Part shown: positions 22,140 to 35,965 of the stretch, piece after piece
How the letters are laid out: every line of letters begins with the position of its first letter
How positions within the stretch are numbered: position 1 is the first letter of the stretch
Assembly (NCBI GenBank): GCA_024679065.1
Contig: JAGIQG010000014.1
Span: forward strand, 21,576,001-21,640,000
DNA from: Sphyrna mokarran
Lineage: Eukaryota
DNA: 64,000 nt
Direction of reading: 5' to 3'
The notes under the pieces: generated by a model
What the model saw: only the letters and a program-made list of their open reading frames with translations
What the model was told of the DNA's origin: nothing
Databases searched by the model: none
Program-made: the position numbers and the translations under genes

Positions 22140-23390
22140 TCCCTGATGGTGATGGTATGCTGCACCCACCATAACATTCCTTTGAGGATGAGGATAGAGC
22201 AGATAGGCTGAGGGCAAGGATGAAGAGTAGTTAACAGTGCTATCAAGTGGCACTTATTAACAAATAAATTGCTCACAGTGCTCAGTTTGAGCTCTGCTGG
22301 GGCCATTTGGTTCCTGACCTCATTACAACCTTGGTCCAAACATGCTGAACGCAAGTGGTGAGGTGACAGTGGCTGTTAAGACAGCATTTGGTCAAGTTTG
22401 GTACCAAGGAGTTCCAGCAAAACTGAAAGCAACAGGAATCAGTGGAAAAGCTCTCTACTGGTTGGAGCCAAATCTAGTGCAAAGAAAGGTGATTGTGGTT
22501 GTTGGAGGTTAATCCTCTCAGTCCCAGGATATAGCTGCAGGAGTTCCTCAGGGTTGTACCCTGAATGTAAGCATCTTTAGCTGCTTGGTCAATTGTTCTC
22601 CTCCATCGTAAGGTCAGAAGTGGGGATGCTCATCGATGATTAGCATCATTCATGACATCTGATACTGAAGCAGTTTGTGTCCAAATGCAGCAACACTTGA
22701 CAACATTTGAGCTTGGGTTGATTGCAACAAGTAGCCGTCATGTCACTTAAGTGCCAGGCAACAACCATCTCCAACACGAAAAAATTGAACCTTGAAATTC
22801 AACAGCATTATAGTTGTTCAAATCCTCCACTATCAATATTTGAACCAACCATATAAAAACTGTAGTTAACAGAGCAGGACAGAGGCTGAGAATTTTGCAG
22901 TCACTTCCTGACTCTCAAAAGTTTAACAACCATCCATTATGCATAAACGAACAATGTGTTGTAATATTCTCCACTTTTCTGGATGAGTGTGGTCTTTGAG
23001 AAGATCAATGCCATCCAGGATAAAGCAGCTCATTTGAATGGCACTCCATCCACTACTGATATACTATAGCAGCAGGATTTATTATCTACAAGATGCTCTA
23101 CCGTAATTGGCCAAACCTCCTCTGGCACCACCTTCCAAACTCATGACCTCTACCACCTCAAAGGATAAGGGGAGCAGACACATGGGAATAGTATCAAATA
23201 CAAGTTCTCTTCCAAGCCACTCACCATCCTGACTTGGAAATACATTTCTGCTTCTTCAATGTCACTGGGTCTAAATCCGGGAACTTACTCCGTAACAGCA
23301 CTATGGGTGTATCTGCATCAGATAGACTGCAGCAGTTCAAGAAGGCAGCTCACAACCACCTTCTCAAATGGGCAGCAAATGCTGGTCCCT
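22140..23390 (+). mobile_element. Degenerate CR1/L2-group LINE 3' region
   Basis: GCAGGAGTTCCTCAGGG (GVPQG-like) at ~22540 and tail GAAGGCAGCTCACAACCACCTTCTC. Related pieces at ~19690-19900(-), 21405-21630(-), 36870-37410(-), 40870-41100(-) and 63140-63425(+). Confidence 0.65.
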
Positions 23391-25171
23391 TGTGAGAATA
23401 AAGATCTGCACGTGATGGCATGATTTCTATTTTCTATGCAATAAAAATCAAGTGTTTTTCAGCATTTTTAAATTCCTACTAGTTTGGTTTTGAAAAATCC
23501 TATTGCAATATCCAGATTTTGGATTATACCCCAGTATTAAATTTTTAAAAGAAAAATTGACAATTTGCTGACAAACCATAAGTAAACATTTTGAATAAGT
23601 GAATGTGAAATATCTTTCCTTCTATATTAGGTTCTGCTGGGTGTTTTATGCTACTGCTTAGAGTGCTTCCTTGTTTAGTAGGACTCAAACAGGTTACTTC
23701 TGATGAGGAGGAGTTCATACTAGACTGAATGAGCAGACAGTTAGCAGCAGTCATTAATTCACAAGACATCCAGATCAAACGCTCTGAATGCACGCCACAA
23801 AAATTCAAAGATTTTTTTTGTTGCCTATCCACGTGAACCGAGGTTGTCATGATGTTCACATCTGCTTCATTCTCTGTCCTCACACCATGCATTCATCACT
23901 AGCTCACAATGTACGCAGACTGGCATCCAGTTTGTAGGGCTTCCTCTGAGACTTTTACAAGAGGCCACTGATTGCATTTCCCATCCAAACTGTTCAGCTC
24001 CTCCATCTCAGATGGCCAATACGTATCCAACTACAGCATGGTTACATAATGCACAAAACCAGTGAAGCAGCATTCTGTACACTCAGTGCATTGACGCACT
24101 AATTCAATATTACGCAGTGAATTCATGATGGGAGACATGATCCATGTAAGAGCAGAACTAATAATGATATTGAGCTGAGGGTATTTAAGGTGGTAGAATT
24201 CAAATTAAAGCAAAAAAGCTTAAAGGTAATAATCCTTTATCTCAGCCACCTGCCAATTGGCAGAGGATCAAGCAGATCTCAGGATTAAACATCCAACTCA
24301 AAGAGTGAAGTTGTAAAAGGGGATTCAATTATAGGGCACTCGTCCTGATACTGGGGAAAGAAGGAGCTGTCCCACTTAAATCATTGTGATCAGTTAAGAT
24401 GGGAGACGGTTTGTTGCAAACAAACGTGAACTTTATTGGGATGTTCACAGGTTCATTGCCATTTTACTACCTGCAGCATAGCATGGATGCCATCCATCAC
24501 TTACTTGATAGAAGAGTCAGACAACCAATCCCATTGCCACAATTAGTAATAAGGTCGTTGAACTAGCAGTACTAATAGAGATAAATGGTTGAGGTATACT
24601 CACCATTAAAGATATATGGTTACAAGGTGACAATGTTGAGAGATAAAACATCCCAGAGTTCACAACATTTCAAGAAGACAAACAGAAGAGCAAGTGAGGA
24701 GTTTTAGTTGTAAAGATGGCATAATGATAGCAGCGAGAAAGGACCTTGGCTCAGAGAACAGGAAGTATAATTTGTATGGGTGGAAGTTAGAAAAAAGGTG
24801 ATCAGGAAACACTGGTAGAAATAGGTTTTAAACTGCCTAATTGCCATTGGATAGAACATGTAGAATGAAATAGTTGGAGCATGAAACAAATACAACGTAA
24901 TAGATATAGTTGGGAAGGGGTCTAAGTTTCATTTAGATTGGACAAATCGCATTAGCAAAGGTTGTTTTGAAGACACATTTGTAGAATGATTTTATGACAA
25001 TATGTTGTGCAACCAACTGGAGTAAAGCTATTTTAGATCCAATATTGTACAGGTTTAATTAGTAACTCATGCAACAAAATGCTGTGAAGAAAAAGAATCA
25101 TAAAACAATTTAACTAAGCAACACCCCCCGGTTCCAAACAAGAACCTTGAATTTAATCCAATTCAATTACA

Positions 25172-25460
25172 TATGGCACAGTGGTTAGCACTGTTGCCTC
25201 AGTGCGCTAGGGACCCAGGTTTGATTCCCAGCTTGGGTCACTGTATGTGTGAAGTCTACATGTTCTCCCGTGTCTGCATGGCTTTCCTTCGGGGGTGCCC
25301 ATTTTCGTTCCAGAGTCTGAAATACATGGTGGTAAGATGCACTGGTCATGCTAAATCTTCCCTCGATGTACCCAAACAGATGCGGGACTGTGGCAACAAG
25401 GAGATTTTCACAGTAACTTCGCTGCAATGTCAATGTAACCCTCCTAATGACACTAATAAT
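25172..25460 (+). mobile_element. V-SINE/HE1-type SINE
   Basis: Head GGCACAGTGGTTAGCACTGTTGCCTCAGTGCGCTAGGGACCCAGGTTTGATTCC (A/B-box-like), followed by the core. Confidence 0.8.
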
Positions 25461-25939
25461 TAAATTTGAAACTTAAATTTAGATAAGTATGAGAGTAGAA
25501 TTGGATAAGGCTGATTAGAAAAATGACTAAATGAACATACTCCAGGGGCCAAATGGCCAACTCCTGCTCCAATTATATAAACCCTCTAGAAAAGGAAATT
25601 CAATTACCAATGTAGCATTCGCAGTGTTCTCTCATTTCAAAAGGAACTAGCTTTTGTCACAGGTAGCAGCAGCCCTCATCCAGCACAGTGGCTGGAATTC
25701 TCCAGGCATTTACGTTGGTGGGATCTTCTGGTCAAGCTGACAGCGCACTTCTGCCAAGGGTTTCCAAGCAGCAAGGAGTACATTCAACCGGAAATCTGTT
25801 GAGAATGGTGGGAACCAGAAGATCTTGCTGCTGGCCACTGGCAGGCTGCTTTTGTGAAACACAGTGGATTGTGCAGGAAATCCTATACAATGTGTGTCAT
25901 CCGACCAATATCAGCCACCTTGAGCCATATAGTCAAACT

Positions 25940-26332
25940 CAAGTTGCAGACAGGGCATTCCACTCCCTAATCACTCTTTGAGTAAAGAACCTACCTCTGA
26001 TATCCGTCCTATAACTCATACCCCTTAATTTAAAGCTGTGTCCCCTCGTGCTAGCTTTCTCCATCCTAGGAAAAAGGCTATCACTGTCCACCCTATCTAA
26101 ACCTCTAATCATCTTATATGCTTCAATAAGATCCCCTCTTAGCCGCCTCCTTTCTAACGAAAACAACCTCAAATCCTTCAACCTCTCTTCATAGGACCTG
26201 CCCTCCATACCAGGCAACATCCTGGTAAACCTCCTCTGTACCCTCTCCAATGCCTCCACATCTTTCTTATAATGTGGCGACCAGAACTGCACACAATACT
26301 CCAAGTGCGGCCGCACTAGAGTTTTGTACAGC
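25940..26332 (-). mobile_element. CR1 LINE ORF2 C-terminal fragment
   Basis: ORF RPHLEYCVQFWSPHYKKDVEALERVQRRFTRMLPG...FFTQRVIREWNAL. Confidence 0.9.
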
Positions 26333-26612
26333 TAAGTCTGCCATAATCATTAACACACAGTCTTGCAAATTAAATCCAGCTTAATGAATTCATGTAAACT
26401 AAATGGTGTTATCAAACAAGTTGTGGAATTCAAAATATGCATATTTACTTAAATTTAAAAATTTGCCAGAAAACATTAAATGAAAATACAAGAGAAAAAT
26501 AGGATGACAGGGTATTAACATGTAAATGTAATGTAAATCTTTGAATGCAATTAGATTTTTATGTGTACTTGGTCATCCCATGATTCGAGTGGAGTTAACT
26601 TTTTAAGTAAGT

Positions 26613-26950
26613 GGGGAGGCAGTGGTGAATGATATTGTCACTGGACTAGTAATCAGGAGACTCAGGATGTATGCGCTGAGAAGGCAGGTTTGAATCCCAC
26701 CATGACTGATGGTGAAATTAGAATTCAATAAAAATCTGGAATTAAAAGTCTAATGATGACCATGAAATAATGGTCATTAAATCCCATCTGGTTCACTTAT
26801 GTCTCTGTAGGAAGAAAATCTGTCATCCTTACCTTGTCTGGTCTACATGCGACTCCAGACTCACAGCAATGTGGTTGGCTCTTAAATACCCTCAGAGATG
26901 GTCAATAAATACTGGCCCAGCCAGCGATGCCCACATCCTCATGAACAAAT
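26613..26950 (+). mobile_element. tRNA-derived SINE, second family
   Basis: Head with B-box-like GGTTTGAATCCC and tail AATAAATACTGGCCCAGCCAGCGATGCCCACATCC. A second copy at ~43360-43835 is interrupted by an HE1-type fragment. Confidence 0.7.
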
Positions 26951-26958
26951 AAATTAAC

Positions 26959-26996
26959 TTTATTCTGGTTCTGAATATATTTTATTTAATTTTATT
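26959..26996 (-). terminator. Cluster of three AATAAA signals, candidate 3' end of the DPYSL transcript
   Basis: tttatt at 26959-26964, 26981-26986 and 26991-26996, at the far end of the repeat-poor stretch following the DPYSL stop. Confidence 0.5.
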
Positions 26997-29900
26997 TCTC
27001 TGTTAATCCACTGGCTGGTGACTGAATACCATTGTTAGCAAATAGTTAGTTACATGATGTTGAGATGTCATTTTATGTAAGGCAGTGGAGGCTATTTTTG
27101 AGGGGGTGGAAACTAAAAGAGACCTTGGGAATGTTAGCAATTGTGTTTTCAAAAATTGGACACCATGCCAGAAATCCAGCAAGTTAACACCATGCCTGTT
27201 AAAGGCATGCCTGCAATGAAAGTGACTAATCATATACCTTTAACCCTCTGAGTTGGATCAGTGCAGGGGTTTGTATTTGTTAATTTTTTTTTTAAAAGTG
27301 TTCCCTTTCTTTTTCCCCTGAAACATTTCACCAAACCTTTAAACTGGCAGAACGGGCAAAATGCCTGATGCCTGGCGTTCAGAAAAATTTGCTTGCAATG
27401 AACTGGAACACAGTCAAAATGAAAATGATAAATTCAACACAGTGTGTCCTTGGGAAGCCATATTTGCATAAATTTATTAGTCCAAGACATGTACTGTAGA
27501 TACAAACATAATTAAATACAAGAAACAATTTCTAAACATCAATCACCTTGGTAAAGTTGTCCTTACATCTTTTTAAATCACAGGCATTTTTCTTTTGGAA
27601 GAAAGTGGTAATTAAAAAGTCAGCTATTCAAACCTCATTAACTACAGAAGATTTTAGTGTTTTTGTTTGGAACCTGAACTGAATCAATGTGAACAACACA
27701 CCTAGTACATCCTGGAACAGAGGGTCAACACACCTCCCATTTAACTCCCGAGTTCTTGGCTGCATCATGCTGTCTGTAAGCTGCATGTATGATGAAACGC
27801 TCCAATGCATCAGTAGAAATTAAGTGAGTGAAACTTTAGAAAGCCTTCATCAGTTGGCACGTCAATTAAATACTGGACAAAGGGACAAAGGAGATGCACT
27901 GCTCAGTTATTAGTGAGCCACAATAATTAGAAAAATGATGGACAGATGGCAGCTATTTGAGGTCTCGTGGACAAAGTTATTGTGAATTTATCCTGTTTCT
28001 TTCAATTCAATTCCTCCCCCAATTTAGAATGAGAGGGTAACTGCATTTAGTTTCCACTAAACAGCAAACTCTCCATGAGACATGGTGGCTTTCTGTACTA
28101 CTGTAGACCATAACCTTCTCTGGTCTCTGATGGCCTTGATTTTAAAATGTGACCTATTTGGAAGCATTTTTCAATCAAATACGACCCAGGTCCCTGTGCC
28201 TAAGTGGGTTTATAATCCACCTCGCTCATTTCTATAATAAATGCCCCATCTTCAGATCTTGGGAAAGTTGAGGAGAAAATGGGACTATATAGTCAGGACA
28301 CTATTTTAGCAAGGCTTTCCCCCCCCCAAATCCCACAAGAGACCACGTTCTGTTGGAGGAAAGGGTTCTCTCATGTCCCTGCTTTCCTTTTAATCTGATG
28401 AAAGGAATACGTTCATCATTGTGTCAAAATACTGTTCTTCCATTCTCTGACAAGCTCATCATTTACAATAGAAGATATGCCTGTGAGAGGAAAAGGCGCA
28501 TGTTATTCACTAAGAACAGCATCCCAGCTGTACGGGGGGTGTGAAGGGTGAGTTACTTCTTCTTATTAAAAAAAAGGGTTTCTTTTAAATGTTTATAAGT
28601 GAAGATGAATACAGGTTTGACTATACAGCTTGTACTCAAACAAACATGAAGTATCGGAAGCATTTGCTTGAGGGCTCCCTAGTCATATCATTGCTAAATA
28701 TTCCACTAACACATTGCTGGTTGGAGGAAATAATCCAGGAGCATTGGGGAAAAAAAATGCTGCTTTTGTACTGTTTTAAGGCTGGATAAAATATATTCAT
28801 TAAAATAAGTCCTTGCTAAGGAGAGGGTCATGGTGATACTAACACACAGATGTAATACCTCATGGTTAGTCAGTAAGTAGGGTGGTGTTGAGAGGTAGTA
28901 TGTGCGCAGTTGTGTGTGCGCGTACACACACATACAGGCAAGCAGCAAAATAAAGAGTGTGAAAGCACTTTAGGTCTCTGAAGTAATGCAATGTATGACT
29001 TGACGAGCCAATTCCTAGAAAATTCAGCATCATGCACAACGTTTAACATGAATACACATCACAACTATTGTTCTTTAAAAGGATGCATTGATTACAGAGT
29101 GTTTGACGCTATAGCCAAGAAATTATAAAGAAAAAATTACAACTTTTTTTTTCAGGGCGCACTACGAATTTGACAGATCAGCCCGTGAATCAATCAGATT
29201 TATTTTCACAATTCTGTCCCCCATCTTCTCTCGAGCGGGGTGGGGGGGTGGTGGGAAGGAGGAAGCAATCGTCTTCAAAATAAAATTATCTGGGAAGCGT
29301 CATTTCTGAAGAGGAATTAAGAGGGGCTGCTTAACGGTATGACAACGGTGAGACTAAATGTTGGAGCTAGTGCAATTTAGAAGCGAAGCCAATTTGTCCA
29401 GAAACAGAGGGGATAAAAAGAATTTACATGACATGTTTTTTCAGAGGGACAGTTTCACCGTACGAATATTTGCGTTTCAATTACGTGACTTCAAAGGACA
29501 TAATCAAATTTGATATCAAGTTAGAGCCAAAATTTCAGTGAAGAGTGAGAAAACAGTGCAAAACCTTCAGTTCTTTCCTCAAATTAGTTAATACACTTAA
29601 ACAGAAGGCTCACAAACCTAGGATTATGTGGATAGGCCTGGGTGGTATTGTGGTTGGTGCAGACTCGATGGGCCGAATGGTCTACTTCTGCACTGTAAGG
29701 ATTCTATGAATTACAGATAATACACGAGATTTAAATTAGAAGTGGACCTATTCTGAGGGGCACTGTAGAAATTTAAATAAGGCGAGTTATTTCCTTTGGG
29801 ATGATGAATAGGATCTACTGGAGAGGGGATGGGGAAATGTTGTGAAAACAAATTAATAGAAAAATCTGTAATCTTTGCATCCCTACTATCAACTTGTAAA

Positions 29901-30151
29901 CTGTGACAGCTTAAGGCTAAATAAATGAAAACAAGAACATTCTTAAAGCGATGGCAAAGTAGCATTTCTCATCAATAAGGCTTGAGGCACTGTTTATATT
30001 CAATCCAAAGTAACCATTTATTTTGTTTTCTTTTGTAGGACAAACACAATTATCTTTTTTTTGCTTTTCTTTGCAATACGTCATCAATACAGCACAATTT
30101 CTTTCTTCTCTCCCCCTCTTTCTCTCTCTCTCTTCTTTCCCACTGCAAGCT
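26960..30151 (-). other. Probable ~3.2-kb 3'UTR of the DPYSL gene
   Basis: Directly follows the TGA at 30152 and is markedly depleted of repeats, with only a SINE tail at ~29620-29710. The end point is inferred. Confidence 0.5.
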
Positions 30152-30240
30152 TCAACTGAGTGAGGTGATGTTTGAGCGGCCACCAGGAGGCGCGACGATG
30201 CGATGACCACTGCGACGAGGGCCGTCGTCAACCTGAGCCC
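30152..30240 (-). CDS. dpysl3: CRMP/dihydropyrimidinase-like protein, last coding exon (G)[28 protein letters not shown]
   Basis: Acceptor ccttcctttcacttcacAG at 30241+; the phase-1 join with the upstream exon keeps frame. [15 protein letters not shown] is the CRMP1-4 C-terminus. Length and terminal ITSLS fit DPYSL3 best. The family is secure, the paralog tentative. Confidence 0.85.
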
Positions 30241-31029
30241 CTGTGAAGTGAAAGGAAGGGAATGGGCATGAAGCAGAGTGGCTCTCACAGGATACCAAAA
30301 ATCCCCATCCCCTCACCCATTCTCCCTCCTCCTCACCTAATATTCCACTCCCCCCCCCCCCCAACTCCACTGACCCTCTCCCCATACACTCACAAACACC
30401 AGCTTTTTTTTCTGTCCTTGATAAGGAGGTCAGTCCGGTTTGTGTTAAATCAACGACTCATCATAATCAATCCATGACATCCCCATGTGCCTTGCTGAAC
30501 TATAGACAGCAGGATTTGTCCCAATATTGCAGCAGCAAATCAGTCAGTCGACACTAATTAGCATGGGTGCCATTGGCCTTGACACCTTAACGCAGCAAAG
30601 GTGTCTTCAGGTGATATCTCTCTACTTTCTGAATCCCCCTCACCTTTGGCATCCACCTCCAGTTAACGAAGAGTTTCTTTTCCACTCTCTGTCTTGGTTG
30701 CCCCCATCCCTCCCTTGCCTCATTCATCGTTCTGCCATTAGCCACTAAACAAGGTAGCCAAGCAACCAGCTGACGCTGATAAACTAAATGGAAAGCAGGC
30801 CGCTTATTGACTGGGAGACGGGTGGGAACTTGGTAACCAGTCATGTGAACTCCTCAGTTTGCAGCATGATAGAAATAATCCGAGGCAGATTGTACTCTCC
30901 CTAACATCTCCTACATCATTTGTCTGCTAACCTCAATTCACCTTTCCTGTATCCACTGAACATTCTCAACTACATAAAGCATCAGTGTTTACTTCTCAGC
31001 TTAGGCTAGCCAATATGGATATTTACAAA

Positions 31030-31600
31030 CGTACAAAACAGGAGCAGACATTGGCCATTCAGTGCCTCGGATCTGCTTCACCATTCAGTAAGATCATGGC
31101 TGATCTGTTTGTATTTCCAATTCCACCTTCACATCCCTCCCCCTAACCTATGATTCCCTTGCCTAACAAGAATCTATCTACCGCAGCCTTAAAAATATTC
31201 TATGACTCTGCCTCGTTCGCCTTCTGAGGCAGTGAGTTCCCAAGTCACAAAATCCTCAGAAAAAATTCTCCTCATCTCAAAGAGCAATGCCCGATCTTGA
31301 AACAGTTCCCCCTAGTTCTGAACTCACCCACAGGAGGAAGCATCCTTTTCCCATTCACCTTGTCAAGACTGCTCAGGATCTTATACTCATCAATCACATC
31401 ACCCCTTTGGTCTTCGAAACTCCAGTGGAAACTAACCCAGCCTTTCAAACCTATCCTCTTAAGACAACCTGCTCATTCCAAGTACCAGTCTAGTAAATCT
31501 CTTCTGGACCATCTCCAAAGCATTTACATCCTTCCTTAAATACGGAGGCCAAAGATGTGGTCTCATCAATGCTCTGTATAACTGAAGCATAACATCCTTA
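31030..31600 (-). mobile_element. CR1 LINE 3' fragment, old
   Basis: Reverse CR1 tail GGAGCAGACATTGGCCATTCAG...AAGATCATGGCTGATCT. Similar pieces at ~9730-10010, 34940-35760, 52085-52480, 54110-54340 and 56860-57660. Confidence 0.65.
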
Positions 31601-34600
31601 TTTTTATTTTCAATTTTGACACATATGGGTTGACAAGGTTGACTGGATAAGCACTGGGGACACTAAGGTGGTGCAATGGAGCCTATCTTTTGCGGAAAGA
31701 GGTAATTTAAATCTCTCTCTTCACATAGGTACCATGAGCTAATGCAATTCCAAATCCAGTTACTCCCTTAGCTTAAGGATGTCGACCTATTGACCAGATT
31801 GTAGGAATGGCTGTTGTAGGAAGTGTACCATTGGAGATTTGGGGTAGGAGGGGTCCTAATGCACAGAAAGGGATCTCAAATGAGGTTCAAGGGGTTAGAA
31901 AACAGAGCACAAGAGAACATCACACAACTTTATGATCTGTCTTGGAATTGACCTAAGAATATTTGACCATTACACTGCGTGGGGGCAATGTGTTTTGCTC
32001 CCCATTCAACTCTATATATATTAAGAAGACCACAAAAAGAAAGTAGCAACTAAGAGTTAGGGAAGCTGAGCACTCACCCCATCAACATCATGCATCATTA
32101 CAGAGAAGTTTTATGCCTCGCAGGAAGGTTTAAAGTGATTAAAAAAGCAAAGATCCCAGAAACAGTATATGTATTCACTCAAGGCACACACAACAGATCA
32201 ACTGTTTGGCTTTCGTTCAGGGCCAATATCAAAATAATCTTCAAACCATATAAAAAAGAACAGCCTGCAATTCCAAGCTAACATGTTCTGCATTACTTCA
32301 CTCTTTACCAGTTTAGAAGTAAAAACAACACAGTTGGAAAGTGGGGGAACGTGGACTGTTCACTTAGGCCTGTGTCCAATCTATTTCAGTAGATTAAATC
32401 CATTTAGTTGTATTTACAAAACAAAACTCCCTTTGACTCGAGGGCACAAGTAATTTTGATTTTTAAACTTGATTGTTCCATACCTGCATTTGGTTTTGTA
32501 AAACCATCAGTAGTTCTTCCTATTGAAATGAACGGAAATGTTTAATTGACAACGGCAATTGGCCAACTTTCGGAAGGGCTCTAACAATAGCTTCACATCG
32601 TCACCTTTCATGATATTGTTTTTTCATCAAATAATTGCTTCACAGAGTACTCTCTGGTATTTTGAATAATTTTAATGAAAATTTCATTCTCATTAAAAAC
32701 AGACATAAACATCAACAACATTAATAAGGCACCTTGAATGTATAAAATTGCTTCACATGGGCAAAGGTTAAGCAACATCACTGGCCTGGTTGAATGCCCC
32801 CTGTGTGTGCGTGGACTTCAATCGACCAATCAGCTGTGTGAAAGCCCCAAGGAAACACAATCCTTACTTGTGATTGGATGGGGATGATCATGGTGCCAAC
32901 TCTGCATTGCCTCAACATCAAATGACCAAAAGAAGGCAAGACCGTCGTGGGGGTAGGAGGTAATGGGGGTCTAGATTGGGGTAGGGATTTCTTGAGCAGC
33001 AGTAGGTTTTCCAGAGTTTGGGGGAACATTTCTGCTCCTCACCACCATGAAAATGTATGTAGCAATTACCCGCAGATTCCTTTCATCTATTTAACTGCTG
33101 ATCACACCCCTACCCTCCTCCATCCATTTTCACTATGCTGTTGACCTCATGATCTTCTCTTGTAACACTAAATGTAAAGTATGGCATCAGTTATTCAATT
33201 TGATTAATCTTTCTGTCATCCAAATATTGCAGTGTTATTTTTTGCAGATGTGCAGAAGCTTGAAGCATGATTAAAATGGTCAAAACAGAACAGCCAGCAG
33301 TAAAACATTGAAACCAACTGACTGAGGTCACTTCAATGACTAATACCACATATTGTAATAGGCATTTCTTAGAAAATTCTCAGAAACTAGCTCCTCCTAA
33401 AGCCAATCCTGAACTTTAAACTTGAGCGGTATTTTCTTCCGATTCAAAACTTCCTACTCAGTCCTCAGTCAGTAAAACACTGATCCAAAAGGAAAGTGAA
33501 GGTCTAACTGATGAAGACGCCTCAGTACTGTGAAGGCAATGGGAGAGGCTAATTGAAGGTGGTGGGAAATCAGCCAGAAACAATGCTCTTGATTCTCATC
33601 CAGCACTGGCTGGTATGGACATCAACTGTGAGAAGAATGTAGCCCCACACTTCCAAGGACTTGCTGATCCAAAGATGTGCGGGTTATCTGAATTGGCCAT
33701 GCTAAACTGCCCTTCATGTGAGGGGAACTAACTAGGGTAAATGTTTTGAATTAGGGTGATAGGGCCTGGATGGGATTATGGTCAGTGCAGATGGGCCAAA
33801 TGGCCTCCTTCTACACCAGGATGCTATGATCCCTTCTGGACCCTTATCCTGACATGAAGACTAGGGAGTGAGGTACCAGACGGCTACAAAGTGTGCATGT
33901 CAGCATACTCCATTATGTTTTGGACAGCGTGGTAAGAAGAAATTTCAAAGGGAAGAAAGTTAAAAGCACTTCACGGTAAAACAGCACATTTAAATGTCAT
34001 TTCTAAATCAAGTAAAGAATACTCACCAAAGCCTGGTGTTGCTCAATCCTCCGAATCAAACTCTCCTTCACAAACCATGGGGAATGATCCAAAGCTAGCA
34101 TAGTGTGACTGGACAAATTTTCTGGTTACCTATCTTTTTAAGACGTCTCGTCCCTCAAACCTGCACCCTGTACAGTGCCCTTAAAAGCTCCCTTGTTCCC
34201 TTTGACTAGTCAAGGCCTCAATTCAGCACCTTTGCCAAACATGACAGAGAAAGCACCTTCCCTTTGAAGAGCTGATATCTGTCGACTTAAGAGCACATTT
34301 CCCAATCAAAACAAGGCTCAATCTCTTCCCACTCACATTATGTTTTCTTGAATTGCCTTCCAAGCATGATGAAGAGCCAGATGGAAACTGCTGGAAAGGC
34401 TGGTGCGTTCAGAAAGTTATCTGGAATATGAGTGCAACCTTCCCACACATTAATATTCCTTCATCTTTCTCCTTATAATCAATTACTCATAAGATGGAAG
34501 TCCCGAAGGTGAAATAAATTCATGGTGGAATGTTACTCATTTACATGTTGCTCCAATAAAAATACAATTCATGTCTACTCTCTGTCTAAATATCCTTGTG

Positions 34601-35965
34601 TTGAGTATCATTCAACAGAGCAGGGTTGAGGATTGGTAAGGCTGTAACAATTCTACTCCATCCAGCTCTGGGTGAATCCGCTACCCATCCCCCAACCCAC
34701 ACTCCAGCATTTCTCCTGTCTGTGGATGAGCAGGCCCATTTTCATTTTGACTGCATTCCTCAATGACGTGACTGAGGTTTTAAACTCCCTGTGGAGCTGT
34801 AAACTCCCCATTACTGTCTTGGATCCCTCCTCCCTCCCCACACTATCTGAGGGAATGAGAGACGGAGAGAGAGAGAAGCTGAACTTCCTGAGTGATGGTT
34901 CAGGAATGTGGCTGGGCAGCAGATATTTAACTGCATAAAACCTTACAGCACAGAGACAGGCTACTCAGCTGATTGTGCTGACATCTGCTATTCAAAAACT
35001 TTGCCCAATTAGTTGCAGTCCCCTGCTCTGTTCCCCTTAGTCTTACAAATCTCTCATTTTCAATTATATATCCAAATCTCTTTTGAAAGTTATTACTCTA
35101 TTGGTCTCCAGTAGCTTTCATTCCACAGCATTCCTGACCATAACAACTCACTGGATTAATAAATTTCACCTCATCATCCCCAGTGGTTTATTTCGCCAAG
35201 TAACTTACACCTCCGTTTCTTGTTTCTGACTAGCCAATCAGTGGAAATATTCCCCCAGAAATTCTATAAAAATCTCTCAAAAAATGTAAAAACCTCGATT
35301 TCGTCTTCACATAATCCTCTTTTCTATAACAGGAATGATCCTGGATTCTCTAGTCTCTCCATATAACTGGACCCTCTCATCTTAATACCAACATGGTAAA
35401 TGTCTACTGAAACCTCTCAAAGGCCTTCATCCTTTCTAAAATGGGATTCTCAAATCTGGTGACAATAGCCTAGCCATTTACACAGAAACTTACCATTCTT
35501 CCTTGCTTTTCTATGCCTAAGAAAGCCAAAGATGTTTTTTCCTAAAAAAAACCTTTGCAAACGTTTCTTGCCATCTTTCAAACTACAAGTTAGCCCCACA
35601 AGTCTTTCTGTTCCTGCACCCTCTTTAACATTGTACAATTACCTCTCTTCATTTCTGATTCCAAAATGCACCACTTAGCACTTCTCTTCAGCATCCTCAA
35701 GGCTTTACATTCTTCCTAAAGTGTAATACTCAAGAGGGACACAATAATCTAGCCAAGCTCAAAGCAATGAGTTCTAAAAGAATGCCATAAACATGCTGGT
35801 ACACCAACCAACTGACAAGAACCCAGTGTTTTCTTAGAGTGACAAGGATCCCATCATGTTGTCCTGCTGGCTACTGTTATCATTGAATAGCACACCATGG
35901 TACATGGAAGATTCAAATTAGATTATCTGGAGTTAAAAACGGGTTTCTTGATGCTGAGCTCTTAC

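Noticed and set aside
34021-34170. Minus-strand donor TTG|GTGAGT in the last DPYSL intron
   Set aside because: No convincing acceptor, and the two flanking exons already join in frame.
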